A stretch of DNA of 64,000 bases from Octopus vulgaris (taxonomy: Eukaryota): the NCBI GenBank assembly GCA_951406725.2, contig OX597821.1:79174001-79238000 (forward strand). Direction: 5' to 3'. Made by a program: the position numbers and the translations under genes. This document shows positions 13,788 through 27,779 of this stretch, piece by piece. Within the stretch, counting starts at the first letter, position 1, and every line of letters starts with the position of its first letter. Below the pieces are notes generated by a model. It was not told the origin of the DNA. It ran no database searches and saw nothing but the letters and a program-made list of their open reading frames with translations.

Positions 13788-13859
13788 AGACTTGTTAAAC
13801 TCGTCAGATTTTGGAAGCTGCCTGCTTTGATTTCTTTCATATCATTAAAGTTTAAATAT
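13788..13859 (-). CDS. LRR exon, class B: YLNFNDMKEIKAGSFQNLTSLTS(L)
   Basis: 72 nt, cag/GTAAGT, no stop. Confidence 0.92.
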
Positions 13860-14769
13860 CTGGAAGATAATATTGAGTTAAGAAGGAATTATATAGAACA
13901 TAAGTATGTCAGAAGTATGGCTAAACAATTAGATGGTGGTTGAGGTGGAATGTAGATAGCGATTAGGATTAATTCTATAAAGTTCATGGCACCAATGATG
14001 ATGGTAGAGTGGAATATGTTGATGGGATAGAGGAGAAGAGTATATGGTATGTTGTGATGATGACGAACATGTTATGATATTGATGATGGGGGTGATGTTG
14101 TTACTGTTGATTATTCTGATAATGACGGAGATGAACACTTCTATCATGATGCTGTATATGATATTGTTAATGATGTAGGTGGGAATATTAAGGTTGGCGA
14201 TGATGCTGATAGCGTTTAAGATTCTGCATGTGATGGCAGTATTTTGTGGTAATGAATGATGTTGATGAAGAAGGGGACCGGTTTGTTTATGATTGAGAAA
14301 GGTAAGAACGAAAAGGTGAAGGACCACGATGATGAGGATGTGGAGGAGGAGGTGAGAATGTTTGTCGGCAATTGTGATTGAGATTTACAAAGTATAGGTT
14401 TCTACCGAATAAAGAATCAAGAGAATGGTGGAGAAAAGGAGAAAAGAAGAAGAAATATTGAGAATTAGAAATTGAAATTCACGAAAGCGGACCAAACGTG
14501 TTAAGAAGAGGGATAAATGGTGGAATTAGAAGAGAAGGAAAATAAAGATGATGATGGTGAAGAAGAAGAGGAGGAGGAGGAGGAGGAGGAGAAGAAGAAG
14601 AAGAAGAAGAAGAAGAAGAAGAAGAAGAAGAAGAAGAAGAAGAAAAGATCAACAATAAGAACAACAACCAGAAAATGTAGATGTAAACGTAAATAAAATG
14701 GAAACGTAAAGAAAGTACATCATATATAGAGTGAATTAGACATACACACATACATATACGTACACCCAC

Positions 14770-15905
<1,136 letters not shown>

Positions 15906-15907
15906 TT

Positions 15908-15958
<51 letters not shown>

Positions 15959-17312
15959 AATATGTTACTTTACTCGGTAGTCAAGATAAAACTCTGAGTT
16001 TCAGATGCCGAAGTGGAAATCCACAACACAATCTCTTCGGTTATCTGGCTATTTGAAAACGCTATGAAAAAATACCGTTAAATAAAGGGAAATTACTGTG
16101 TTATAACTCTGCTTGCCTGCGTACTTATACATCGCTCGCATTTTTCGTCATAAAAATTATATAAAAATACATAAAAAATATATAAAAATATATTAAAAAT
16201 ATATAAAATCTTCTTGGGACATAACATAGAAAGCATGTTCTATCTGTTTTCTTTAGGGGACCAAAAACGTAACAGAAATTTAGTCACATGTGGGCATGAT
16301 CCGAAAAGATCCGAAAAGGAGAAGGAGGAAGAGTAGAAGGAAAGGAAGAAGAAAAAGAAGGAGAAGGAGAAGAAGGAGAAGAAAAAGAAAAAGAAAAAGA
16401 GGAGGAGGAGGAGGAGAAGAAGGTGGAAGAGCAGAAGGAGAGGAAGAATAATAATAAGAAGAAAAAAAAGAAAAAAGAAGAAGAAGCAGAAAGAAGAAGA
16501 AGAAGAAGAAGAAGAAAAAGAAAAAAGAAAAGGTGGGAGAGGAGGAGGAAAAGAAGGTGGAAGAGCAAAAGAAGAGGAAGGAGAAGAAGAAGAAAAAGAA
16601 GACGAAGAAGAAGAAGAAGAAGAAGAAGAAGAGGAGGAGAAGAAGGTGGAAGAACAGAAGGAGAGGAAAATGAAGAAGAAGAAGAGGAGGAGAAGAAGAA
16701 GATGAAGGAAGAGCAGAAGGATAGGAAGAAGAAAAAGAAGAAGGAGGAAGAGCAGAAGGAGAGGAAAAAGAAGAAAAGAAGAACAAGAAGAACAAGAAGA
16801 AGAACAAGAAGGAGAAGAAGAAGAACAAGAAGGAGAAGAAGAAGAAGAGGAAGAAAGAAGAAGAAGAAGAAGAAGAAGAAGGAAGGAGAAGAAAAAGATG
16901 AAGGGAGAGCAGAAGAAGAATAGAAGAAGAAGAAGAAGAAGAAGAAGAAGAAGAAGAAGAAGAAGAAGAAGAAGAAGAAGAAGAAGAAGAAAACTTAGAA
17001 TAAGGCCGAGTGAAACAAAAATAAAATATATAAAAACATTCCTGTAGAAGTATAAAAGGAAAGAGCGGAAGTAGAAAAAGGAGATGATGAGGATGACGAC
17101 ATAATGTCCTTTAGTTTACTATGATGATGATGATGATGCTAGTGATGATGTAAATGAGGAATGATATGGTTGACATTATTGTTGCAGAAATTTATGAATA
17201 AAAGTATTTAGAAGAAGGAGAAGAAAAGAACACATAAAATAGAGCGAAAAATGCATCGTTTATGTATTATGATGGCAACACATGGAGAGAAATCTGAAAT
17301 GCGTGAATGGCA

Positions 17313-17381
<69 letters not shown>

Positions 17382-17619
17382 ATACTGATAGTTGTAAAGG
17401 AAGACTTCTTCGAGTGGATAAGATCTAACGAGCATATATTCAGATTCACGCACTCACAGGCAAACATATTTAGAGACACTCACAAGCACACACACACATT
17501 TCTGTCGAAACTTCTTGTAGGGAGGCTCAAGGAAATCGTGCAAATATTAATGGGAATATTTTCAATATTTGTTTGTATATTTTCAAGGAAATTTTATGAA
17601 CAAGACTTATCCAACTTAC

Positions 17620-17691
17620 AGTGTTTTTAAACTGGGCAGATCATGGAAAGCTTGCACTTCGATCGTTTCAATATTGTTATTTTGTAAATAT
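17620..17691 (-). CDS. LRR exon, class A: YLQNNNIETIEVQAFHDLPSLKT(L)
   Basis: 72 nt, cag/GTAAGT, no stop. Confidence 0.92.
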
Positions 17692-19704
17692 CTGTAACAT
17701 AAAATATATTTTCAAAGGTGAAAATGTACACGAATTGTATGATAAAGAATATTATTGCTAAACGAATACCTTCTGGAAGTTAAAGAACATGATAAATAGA
17801 ATTTGAAGATAATTTTGATGTTGCTCTAGACGGTGCAAGTTGGCAGGTTGCTAATATTGATGATAATGATGATTAATATGAAGAGAGTGAGCATGAAGAT
17901 ATGAATATATAAAGCAGTGGTGGACATTTATATTTGAAATTCGGGAAAAAGGTATGAATACGACAAAAGAAATGCTCGGAGTAAAATTGAAGAGTTTGAA
18001 AATAAAATGAAAATGAGAAGGAGGGAGAAATGATGAGGGGGATGGCGTAGAAGATGAAGAAGAAGAGAAACAGCATCAAAAGGTAGGAAAGATGTAAAAG
18101 GAGTAGAAGTGGGAAGTCGAATGAGTAAACTGGAAATGCTAGAAGTGGGATGAATTGAAGGATAAAATGAAGAACGATATGAAGAATTATAAGAAAGTGT
18201 TGAGTAGAGAATGATAATGTAGCAAAACCGAAGAAGAAAAAGAAGAAGGAGGAGGAGGAGGAGAAAAACATCAAGGAAATGAATAAGAAGAAGAATAACA
18301 CGAAAGCGAAGAATGTAGCATGATGACGAAAAAGGAGAAGAAAGAAGAAGAGAATGAGAAAAAAGTAGCAGCTTCAGAGAAAGAAGAAGACGAAGGAAAG
18401 GACGTAGATGAAGAAGAAGGGGGTAAAAAGAAGCGAAAGAAGAACAAAAAGAAGAAGAAGAAGAAGAAGAAGAAGAAGAAGAAGAAGATGATGATGATGA
18501 TGATGATGATGATGAGCAACAACAACAAGAGAAAAGTACGTGGAGAAGAAGAGACTTATAAAAAACACAGAGCAGCAGAGAAACACATGCGCACACAGAC
18601 GTATCACGTGATTTCAAAGAAACACACATGAATGTATATGTGTGTGTATATATACGAGGATAGAAAGAGAGAAGAGTTGAATTTCAGGGGAAGTGAATGA
18701 AACCGGAAGTTGTTGCTGCTGCTGATTTCTGTGGGCCATAAAGGAACTGAAGATGTAGCGAACTAGGAAACGTTGTTGAGGGATGATGGACACACAGACA
18801 CACATACTCCTATCACTTGAATGTCTATTGATCCACACTGAGACACATTCACAATGACACATTTAGCCATTGGAGAATAAGAAGGATTTGGGTAGAGACT
18901 GAAGGACAGGAGGTAGGTAACGGGTGTCGAGACAAAATTGTTAAATCTCATAAGAAAAACGAATCAAATAGCAAAGATGGTAAATGGGAAGAAAAAAACA
19001 ATAAAGGTAGGAGAAGAAGAAGAAGAAGAAGAAGAAGAAGAAGAAGAAGAAGAAGAAGAAGAAGAAGAAGAAGGAAAAAGAAAGAGGAGGAGATAAGAAG
19101 AAAAAGGAGGAGAAGAAGAAGAAGAAGAAGAAGAAGGAAAAAGAAAGAGGAGGAGATAAGAAAAAGGAGGAGAAGAAGAAGAAGAAGAAGAAGAAGGAAA
19201 AAGAAAGAGGAGGAGATAAGAAGAAAAAGGAGAAGAAGAAGAAGAAGAAGAAGAAGAAGAAGAAGAAGGAAAAAGACCTGGACGAAGTAGATGAAGAAGA
19301 AGAAGAAGAAGAAGAAGAAGAAGAACAACAACAACAACAACAACAACAAGAATACAGAACATGAAGGAGAGGAAAAAAGAAGTACAAGAAGAAGAAATAG
19401 AAGTAGAAAAAGGACAAGAACTAAAACAGCAACAACAATACCAAGATAAAGCTGAAGTCTATGATCGTAATCAGTGGTGATAGAAACATAGACATCGCAC
19501 AGATTTGTCTCCTCAATTGTCACACTTTCATATATTAATTATCTGTAGAAGAGGCTCTCACTCACATTCACACATTCTATAGAAAATACACTCTTTCGAA
19601 AGAGACAGAGTTTATACATACAAAAGCAAACGTTAATGGTTCACCTGAACTATCACGCTCTCGTATATCACGTAGCTAAGAAACGGACACACATTCTCTC
19701 TCTC

Positions 19705-19744
<40 letters not shown>

Positions 19745-19903
19745 TCTCTCACTCTCTCTTTCTCACGCACACATATTCCCAAACAATAAAACGCATCTTT
19801 CGAAAGTGGGTTGAGGAAGCTTAAAATGGAGGACGGGAAGATATTACAGATATAGAAATACATCTTCAACGAAATATTATAAGAAAGTAGATTTGTAACT
19901 TAC

Positions 19904-19975
19904 AGACTTGTTAAACTGGGTAGATTTCGGAAGGTGTCTGCTTTGATTTCCTTTATATCATTAAATGTCAAGTAT
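19904..19975 (-). CDS. LRR exon, class B: YLTFNDIKEIKADTFRNLPSLTS(L)
   Basis: 72 nt, tag/GTAAGT, no stop. Confidence 0.92.
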
Positions 19976-20529
19976 CTAGAAGATAATATTGAGTTAAGAA
20001 GGAATTGTATAGAAAATATTTGGCGGAAAAATTTGATGATGCTGGGCGTAGAATGTAGATCGCGGTTATGATAAGTTCGATGACGTACATAGCACAGTTA
20101 ATGATTTTGTTGTTAATGAGTGTAATGATGATTAAGAGGCAGATATCGAGTAGAAGGATTTTTTGGGTGGTGGATTTGATGCTGGACGACATGGTAGTGA
20201 GAAATATGTTGATGAGACAGAAGAGAATAGCATATGGTTTGTAGTGATGATGGCGAACATGTTAAGATGCTGATGGTGCAGCTGATGTTAATACTGATTA
20301 TTCTGATAATGACGAGGATTATCGTGTTTATGACGACGCTGCATATGATATTGTTTTTGATGTAGGTGGGAATGTGGACGTTGGCGATGATGATGATGAT
20401 GATGATGATGACGATGATGACGTTGGCGATGATGATGATAATGATGATGATAGTGCCTAAAATTCTGCGTCCGTTGTCAGTATTTTGTGGAATGAATGAT
20501 GTTGATGAAGAGGAACATAATGAACTTCT

Positions 20530-20895
20530 TAATTTTCATTTAATTTAATTTAATTTAATTTTTTTGGCTCAAAAAGCAAAAAAAAGGACATGTAGGGGGA
20601 CATGAAGTTATGTACAGGGAGGGTGTTCATACAAAGAGTTCAGGCCATTTCTGGTCAAGAGAACCGAGCGGTCGTCGGCATCTTCACCATCTCGTTCGGC
20701 AGCTTATTCCACGGATCCGCAACCCGGACGGAGAAAGCCCCTCTCCTTCGATTGAGATGAAAACGTCGTAGATAGAGTTTTTTGGAGTGACCCCGCAGCC
20801 CACGATCTGGAGCAGGAGTGAAGAACAACTCTTTCAAGAGGTTACATTTTCCGCTTATAATGTTGTAAGCAAGAATGAGATCAACATGGCGTCGC
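20530..20895 (-). mobile_element. CR1/L2-type LINE 3' fragment
   Basis: LRGHSKKL...FSVRVADPWNKLP is the typical ORF2 C-terminus; short-repeat tail at about 20535-20560. Confidence 0.75.
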
Positions 20896-22049
20896 CGTTT
20901 TTCTGTGTGTTTATGATTCAGAAAGGTAAGAACAGAAATGTGAAGGACGATGCTGATGATGTTGTGGTCGAGGAGCTGAGAATGTTTTGTCGGTATTTGT
21001 GGTTGGAATTTACATAGTATAGGCTTCCACAGAATAGAGAGTCAAGAAAATGATAGAGAAAGGAGAAAATATGAAGAAATCATGGCAAAAGATGGATTTA
21101 ACTAAAGCACAACAAGAAAGATACGGAAACGTAGAGGTGGAACAGAAAGAAAAATGAAGATGACGATGATGAAGATGATGCAGAAAAAGAAGAAGGAGGG
21201 GGGGAGAAGAAGAAGGAGGAGGAGGAGGAGAAGAAGAAGAAGAAGAAGAATATCATTAACTAGAAAATGTAGTAGATGTAAAGTCTGTGATTGTAATAAA
21301 CGGTGGTGGAAAGCTAAAACAATGTTCCTGATATACAGATTGAATTACACGCAGATTATGATATACTCGTATGCAGACATTCATACATGACAGAGAAACA
21401 TATATATTCCTTAAAAATTTGCTGGACTGAAACCTCAGTCTCTCTACGATCATTCCCTTTTCATAAAAGTCATGTTCTTTTCAAAATTTCCCTTGTTTCA
21501 ACTGCGATTGTCACCTTCAGTTCAACAATCGTTTGATAGTTGTTCCCGTGAACGTAATCCGTGAGTTATCTCCAGAGTCAGAAATCTGGTCTGTTCAAGT
21601 TTGATCAATCTCTCCTCAAATCGCTCTCCCACCTACGCTAAGGAGTCATTTAATGCGTGGGGGTGGCTCCATCTTGCTGCTACTATTTTTACTTCTGATA
21701 TATTCCTCTGCGTCGGTTAATTCAAACAATTTTATCCAAAGATTTCTGGTTTTCTGAGGGGTGGGGGTTGGACGTAACCCTGTACACAAAATAAACTTTG
21801 GACAGAGATATATTTTCCGCACATATAGTGACATACACTTGCATGCACCAGATGATTTACCTGCACAATCACACTGTCATATACCCTACATCTAAGAAAT
21901 GGGCACACACGCAAGCACACGGATTTGCAAACAATAAACATATCTTTGGAAAGTCGAGCGAGGGAACTTAAGATGAAGGATGGAAAGATATCACACATTC
22001 AGAAATATAACGTCGATGAAATCTTATAAAAATAACTAATTCTACATAC

Positions 22050-22121
22050 AGATTTGTTAAACTGGCCAGATTACGGAAGACATCTGCTGTGATTTCTTTC
22101 ATATCATTAGAACTCAAATCT
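22050..22121 (-). CDS. LRR exon, class C: DLSSNDMKEITADVFRNLASLTN(L)
   Basis: 72 nt, cag/GTATGT; peptide visible in ORF 21968..22189. Confidence 0.9.
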
Positions 22122-23129
22122 CTGAAACATAAAATTGAGTTAATAAGCAATTGTATAGAATATATTTGTGCGAGAATTTGGCTGAGCAATCAAATGTTAG
22201 AAGCGATGGAAATCCGAATAAAGTTCATGGCACCGATGATTATGATGATGATGATGGTGATGATGATTATGATGATGATGATGGCGATGATGATGATGAC
22301 GATGATGATGATGATGATGATGATGGTGATGATGGTGATGATGATGGTAGTGGTGGTGATGGTGGTGTTAGTGATGATGATGATTATAAATGAAGAGGTG
22401 GAGTCGAATTGGTAATGGACGATGATGTAGTGATGAGTATGAGGATGAGACAGAGGAGATATGCTTAGGGTGTCTTGTGATGATAACCAAGCTATTTCTA
22501 ATGCTGATGATACGAGTGATGATGTTAATGCTGATTGTTCTGATAATGATGGAGTTTAACATGCCTATAGTGATTCTGTATATGATACTGAAAATGATGA
22601 TATTAATGCTGGTGATGAAGATGATTGTGTTGAACATTCCCAATGGGATGGCAGCATTTTGTGGTAATGAATAACAATGATGATGATGCAGAAGACGATG
22701 AAGAATTTGAGGACGTTTATGAACGAGATATTTAACAAAGAAAATGAGACGGATGTCGGTGACGAGGACATGGAAGAGAACATCGATGGTTTCCGGGTCG
22801 GATGTGGTGGCGGTTTACATAGTATGGAATTTAGAGGAATAAGAAATCTTACGATTCATAAATATGTGAGGAAATATGAAGAAATCATGAGAAAAGCATT
22901 GGGAAATTCACGAGAAAAGAATGCGAAAGTGAGAAGAAAAATGAGGAGAGGAAGAGAAGACGAAGAAGAAGAAGAAGAAGAAGAAGAAGAAGAAGAAGAA
23001 GAAGAAGAAGAAGAAGAAGAAGAAGAAGAAGAAGAAGAAGAAGAAGAAGAAGACTGAGTGGGAAACGAACAAAAAATTTATAAAATATTGATGTAGAAGT
23101 AGAAAAGGAAGCAGTGAAAGGAAAAAGTA

Positions 23130-23163
<34 letters not shown>

Positions 23164-23390
23164 ATGACGAAGTACATAATGTCCTTTAGTTTACTATGAT
23201 GATGATGATGCTAATGATGATGTAAATGAAGCATGATGTGGTTGACATAATTGTTGCAGAAATTTATGAATAAAAATATTTAGAACAAGGAGAGAAAAAG
23301 ACTGAATGAAAGTGGTTTAAAAACGAAGATGCGTTGTCTATGTATTATGATGACATCGTAGGGAGAGAAATGCGAAACGAATGAAAGGCA

Positions 23391-23445
<55 letters not shown>

Positions 23446-23490
23446 CAACATTGTCAATAAAATTTTATGAATAAAACTTATCCAACTTAC

Positions 23491-23562
23491 AGAGATCTTA
23501 AACTGGGCAGTACATGAAAAGCTCTAATTTCAATTTTTTCGATATTATTATCTTGCAAATAT
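23491..23562 (-). CDS. LRR exon, class A: YLQDNNIEKIEIRAFHVLPSLRS(L)
   Basis: 72 nt, tag/GTAAGT, no stop. Confidence 0.92.
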
Positions 23563-24365
23563 CTATAACATAAAGTAATTTTCAAACGTGAAATTTTAGA
23601 AGTATTCTATAATAAACAATATTATGGCTGGAAGAGGAAGAACATGATGAAGATAATTTTGACGTTGATCTCGACGGTGCATATTGTGAGGGTAATAAAA
23701 TTGATGATAATGACGATGAATATGAAGAGAGTGAATGAAGATGTGAACGAGCAGTGGTGGACTTTTTATTTGAAATTTGCGATAACAGAACGAATAAAGA
23801 GAAAAAGTGCTCGGAGAAAAAATGAAGAGAATAAAAGGAAAATGAGAAAAGAGCAAGTGGCTGACATAGAAGAAAAAGAAGAAGAGAAACAACATCATCA
23901 AATGGTCAGAAATATGCAAAAGAAGTAGAAGTGGGAAGACGAATAATAAAATAACAAAATGATGAAGAAGTCTAAGAAGAACTGGAAGAAGACGAAAATG
24001 AGAAAATAGTAGAAGCAGCAGAGAAAGAAAATAACCAAGAAGAAGACGAAGGAAAGGACGTTGATGAAAAAGATAGCGGTAAAAAGAAACGAAAGATGAA
24101 GGAAATGAAAACAGAAAACATTAAGAGCAAAATAAAAAGAAGAAAAAGTGACAGACTTTACACATTCGCCGACATACACAAGCATACACTAACTGGTTCG
24201 CCTGAGCTAAATCGCTCTCATATATCACATAACTAAGAAATGGGCACACACTCCCACACAACATTTTTGGAAAGGGAGGGAGCTTGAAATGAAGGATGAG
24301 AGGATAGTACAGGTTTAGAAATATATCGTCGACGAAATAGTAAAAGACAGAAGGATTTAACTTAC

Positions 24366-24437
24366 AAATTTGTTAAACTGGACAGATATCGGAAGGTATC
24401 TGCTTTGACTTCCTTCATATCATTATTAGTCAAGTAG
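24366..24437 (-). CDS. LRR exon, class B: YLTNNDMKEVKADTFRYLSSLTN(L)
   Basis: 72 nt, cag/GTAAGT, no stop. Confidence 0.92.
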
Positions 24438-25401
24438 CTGAAACGAAATATTGAGGTAAAAAGGAATTGTAAAGAATATATTTGTGATAGAAAACTTTCG
24501 AAACAATTAGATGAAGGTCCATCCCGATTATGATATATTCCATAAATATCTTAGCAGTGATGATGATGTTGATGTTAATGATTTTAATGATGATGAAGGG
24601 GTGGAGGATTTTAATGATTTTAATGATTTTAATGATGATGAAGAGGAGAAGGATTTTGACGGTGGTAGATTTGATAATAGACGATATGGTAGTGAGGAAT
24701 ATGTTGATGAGAGAGAGGAGAAAACTATATGGCTTGTAGTGATGACGAAGATGTTAAGAAGCTGATAATAGAGTTGATGTTGTTAATGTTGATTATTCTA
24801 ATAATGACGGAGATTAGCACGTCTGTGTTGATCATGAATGTGATATTGATTATGATGTAAATGGGGATGTTAATGCTGGCGATGATGATGATGATAATGA
24901 TGACGATGATGATGATAGTGTTTAAGATTCTGCATTTCATGACAATATTTTGTAGTAATGAATGATGTTGATGAAGAAGGGGACCGCAATGAATTTCAGT
25001 TTGTTTGTGTTTGAGAAAGTTAAGAAGGAAAATATGAAGAACGACGCTGATGAGGATGTGGGGGAGGAGGTGAGGATTTTTATCGGCAATCGTGGTTGAG
25101 ATTTACATAGTATAGCGTTGCACAGAATACAGAATCAAGAGAAAGGAGAAGAGCGAGCAGAAGAAGAAGTAGAAGAAGAAGAAGAAGAAGGAGAAGAAGA
25201 AGAAGGAGGAGGAGGAGGAGGAGGAGGAGGAGGCAAAGAACAAGAATCGTACCAACAACTATAACAAGCAGAAAATGTAGTAGATGTAAAGTCTATGATG
25301 GTAATAAACGGTGGTGGAAACCTAAGCAAAGATCATGATATACAAATTGAATTACACAGATTATGATATACTCGCTTGCAGACATTCATACATGACAGAG
25401 A

Positions 25402-25451
<50 letters not shown>

Positions 25452-25526
25452 TTGATGAAAACGAAAAAACGATAAGGTAATAAGAGAAGGAGACCGATAT
25501 TATGTAAATGGAGGGAATTTTTCTGT

Positions 25527-25680
25527 AAATGTAATATGTGACAATTATTGGGTAGCCAAGATAAGACTCTGAATTTCGGATGCCGATGTGGATAACTGAA
25601 GAGATGGTGGCGTGGATTTCCACCTCGGCATCCGAAACTCAGAGTCTTATCTTGGCTACCGAATAATTGTCACATATTGC

Positions 25681-25685
<5 letters not shown>
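25527..25685. repeat. Foldback element with ~65-bp inverted arms; family also at about 600-900, 15960-16060 and 43200-43340
   Basis: aatgtaatatgtgacaattatt...gatgccgatgtgga versus tccacctcggcatc...aataattgtcacatattgcatt; flanked by (TA)n. Confidence 0.8.
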
Positions 25686-25739
<54 letters not shown>

Positions 25740-26049
25740 ATCCAAACATGAAAACACAAAGAGAAAACACAACAACGCGAGGACGTGGAACAAATAAAGT
25801 ATTGTTGGACGCTCAGGAAAGAAGGGATGAAGGAGGGTTTAACGTTTCGAGCGGAGCTCTTCGTCGGAAACATAGGAGAAGGAAAGATCCCGAGAAGGGA
25901 AGACACAGAAAAAAAAATCGCCAGCGGTACTCACGAGGTCACATATTGAAAGACCGGAAGTAGAAATGTGGAAGAATAATGTTTTTTAAAGACAGGAGAG
26001 TTTTCAAAGACAGTAGGTTGTATGTCAAAGACAAGGAAAGTGAGGGGGG

Positions 26050-27725
26050 AATATGTGTGGATGTGTGCGTGAGCGGAGGTCTGCGGCTGCGCGTGTGTGT
26101 GTGTATGTGTGCAATGATGACACGTGTGTGTGTGTGTGTGTGCGTGTGTGTGTGTATGTGTGTATGTGTGTATGGCGAACAACTGGCTAGTAGCTGGCCA
26201 GTAGTAAGAATAAGGAGAGGTGATTTTGTGTCCGGCCACAGGTAAAAACAAAGAGGTATGTTTGTGTGCGTGTATGCATATGTATCGTGTGTGTGTTTTG
26301 TTTGTAGTGTGTGTGTATGTGTGTGTTCGTGTGTGTATGCGTAGAGTTTGGGTGTATGGCGAGTAACTGTGCTTAACATAGTGTACGTGTGCGTATGTGC
26401 TTGTACGTGCGTGTGTGCGTGTATATATATGTATGTATAATTGTGTGCGTGTATGTATAATTGTGTGCCGTGTGTATGGGATGTATGTGTGGGTTCGTTT
26501 GTGTGTGTGTGTGTATGTATGTGCGTGTAGTTGTGTGTGCGTGTATGTGTGTGTTTGTATGTGTGTGTGTGTAAGCGTATATGGATGTATATGCGTGTAT
26601 CCGTGGGGTTGTGAGTTTTGGGGGTGTGCATTGGTGTGCGTATGTGCGTGCGTATGTGTGCGCATGTTTTTGTGTGCGTATGTGTGTGTGTGCGTGTCTG
26701 TGCTTGTATGTGCGTACGTAATGTATGTATGTGTGCGCGTGTAGGTATATATTGTGTGTATGTATATGTATCGGTGTGTATGTGAATTTGTGTGTGTTTG
26801 TATGTGTGTATATGTGTGTGCGTGTGTGTACAAATGTAGAGGTTTATATGTGTGTTTATATGTTATATCTGTGTATATATATGTATGCAAGCACACACTT
26901 TATAATTGAAATTGGTGTGGGTGTATGTGAATCCACAGGCTCACACATACACACACTGACGCACGCCTGCAATAAAGCCAACTCCATATGCATGTATGTA
27001 TGTATGTGTGTGTATGTGTGTGTGCATGTGTGTGTGTATGTATGTATGTATGTGTGTATGTATGTGTGTATGTGTGTGTGTGTGTATGTATGTATGTGTG
27101 TATGTGTGTATGTGTGTGTGTGTATGTATGTATGTATGTATGTGTGTGTATGTATGTATGCATGCGTGTATGTCTGTATGTGTGTATGTGTGTATGTGTG
27201 TGTATGTATGTATGTATCTATGTATGTATGTATGTGTGTATTTATGTGTGTGTGTGTATGTATGTATTTGTGTATGTGAGTATGCGTGTGTGTATGTGTG
27301 TGTATGTGTGTGTATGTGTGTATGTATGTATATGAGTGTATGTATGTATGTGTGTGTACGTATGCATGTATGTGTGTACGTATGTATGTGTGTGTGTATG
27401 TGAATGTATGCGTGTGTGGGTTTTTTTGGGAGTTGTGTGGGCGTAACGTACATGCGTGTGCTTGTGTGCGTGTGTGCGCTTACGTGCGTGTGCGTGTGTG
27501 CGCTTACGTGCGTGTATGTGTGTGTGTGTCTGCTAGGTGTTTATAAGAGTGTGCGTATCTGTATGAGTATTGTTTGTTGATGTGTGTGCGTGGGGTGTGT
27601 GGGTGTGTGGGTGTGTGTATAGTTGTGGAAGTATGTGTGCGTACATGTGCATGTATGTTGTATGTGTGTGGTGTGTTGGAAGTAGGTGTGTTCGTGGATA
27701 CGTGAGTATGTGTGTTTGCGTTTCT
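26050..27725. repeat. Degenerate (TG)n/(TGTA)n low-complexity tract
   Basis: Directly visible; lies just 3' of the Penelope ORF. Confidence 0.9.
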
Positions 27726-27779
27726 GTATAAGGACAAAATTTTAAAAAGTTGCTAGTGCGGAGAGGTGGAGCGTAGTCA

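Noticed and set aside
22044-22049. Non-consensus donor on exon 22050
   Set aside because: GTATGT is a normal functional U2 donor variant
25931-27737. His/Thr-rich and Cys/Val-rich ORFs
   Set aside because: Degenerate (TG)n/(TGTA)n repeat
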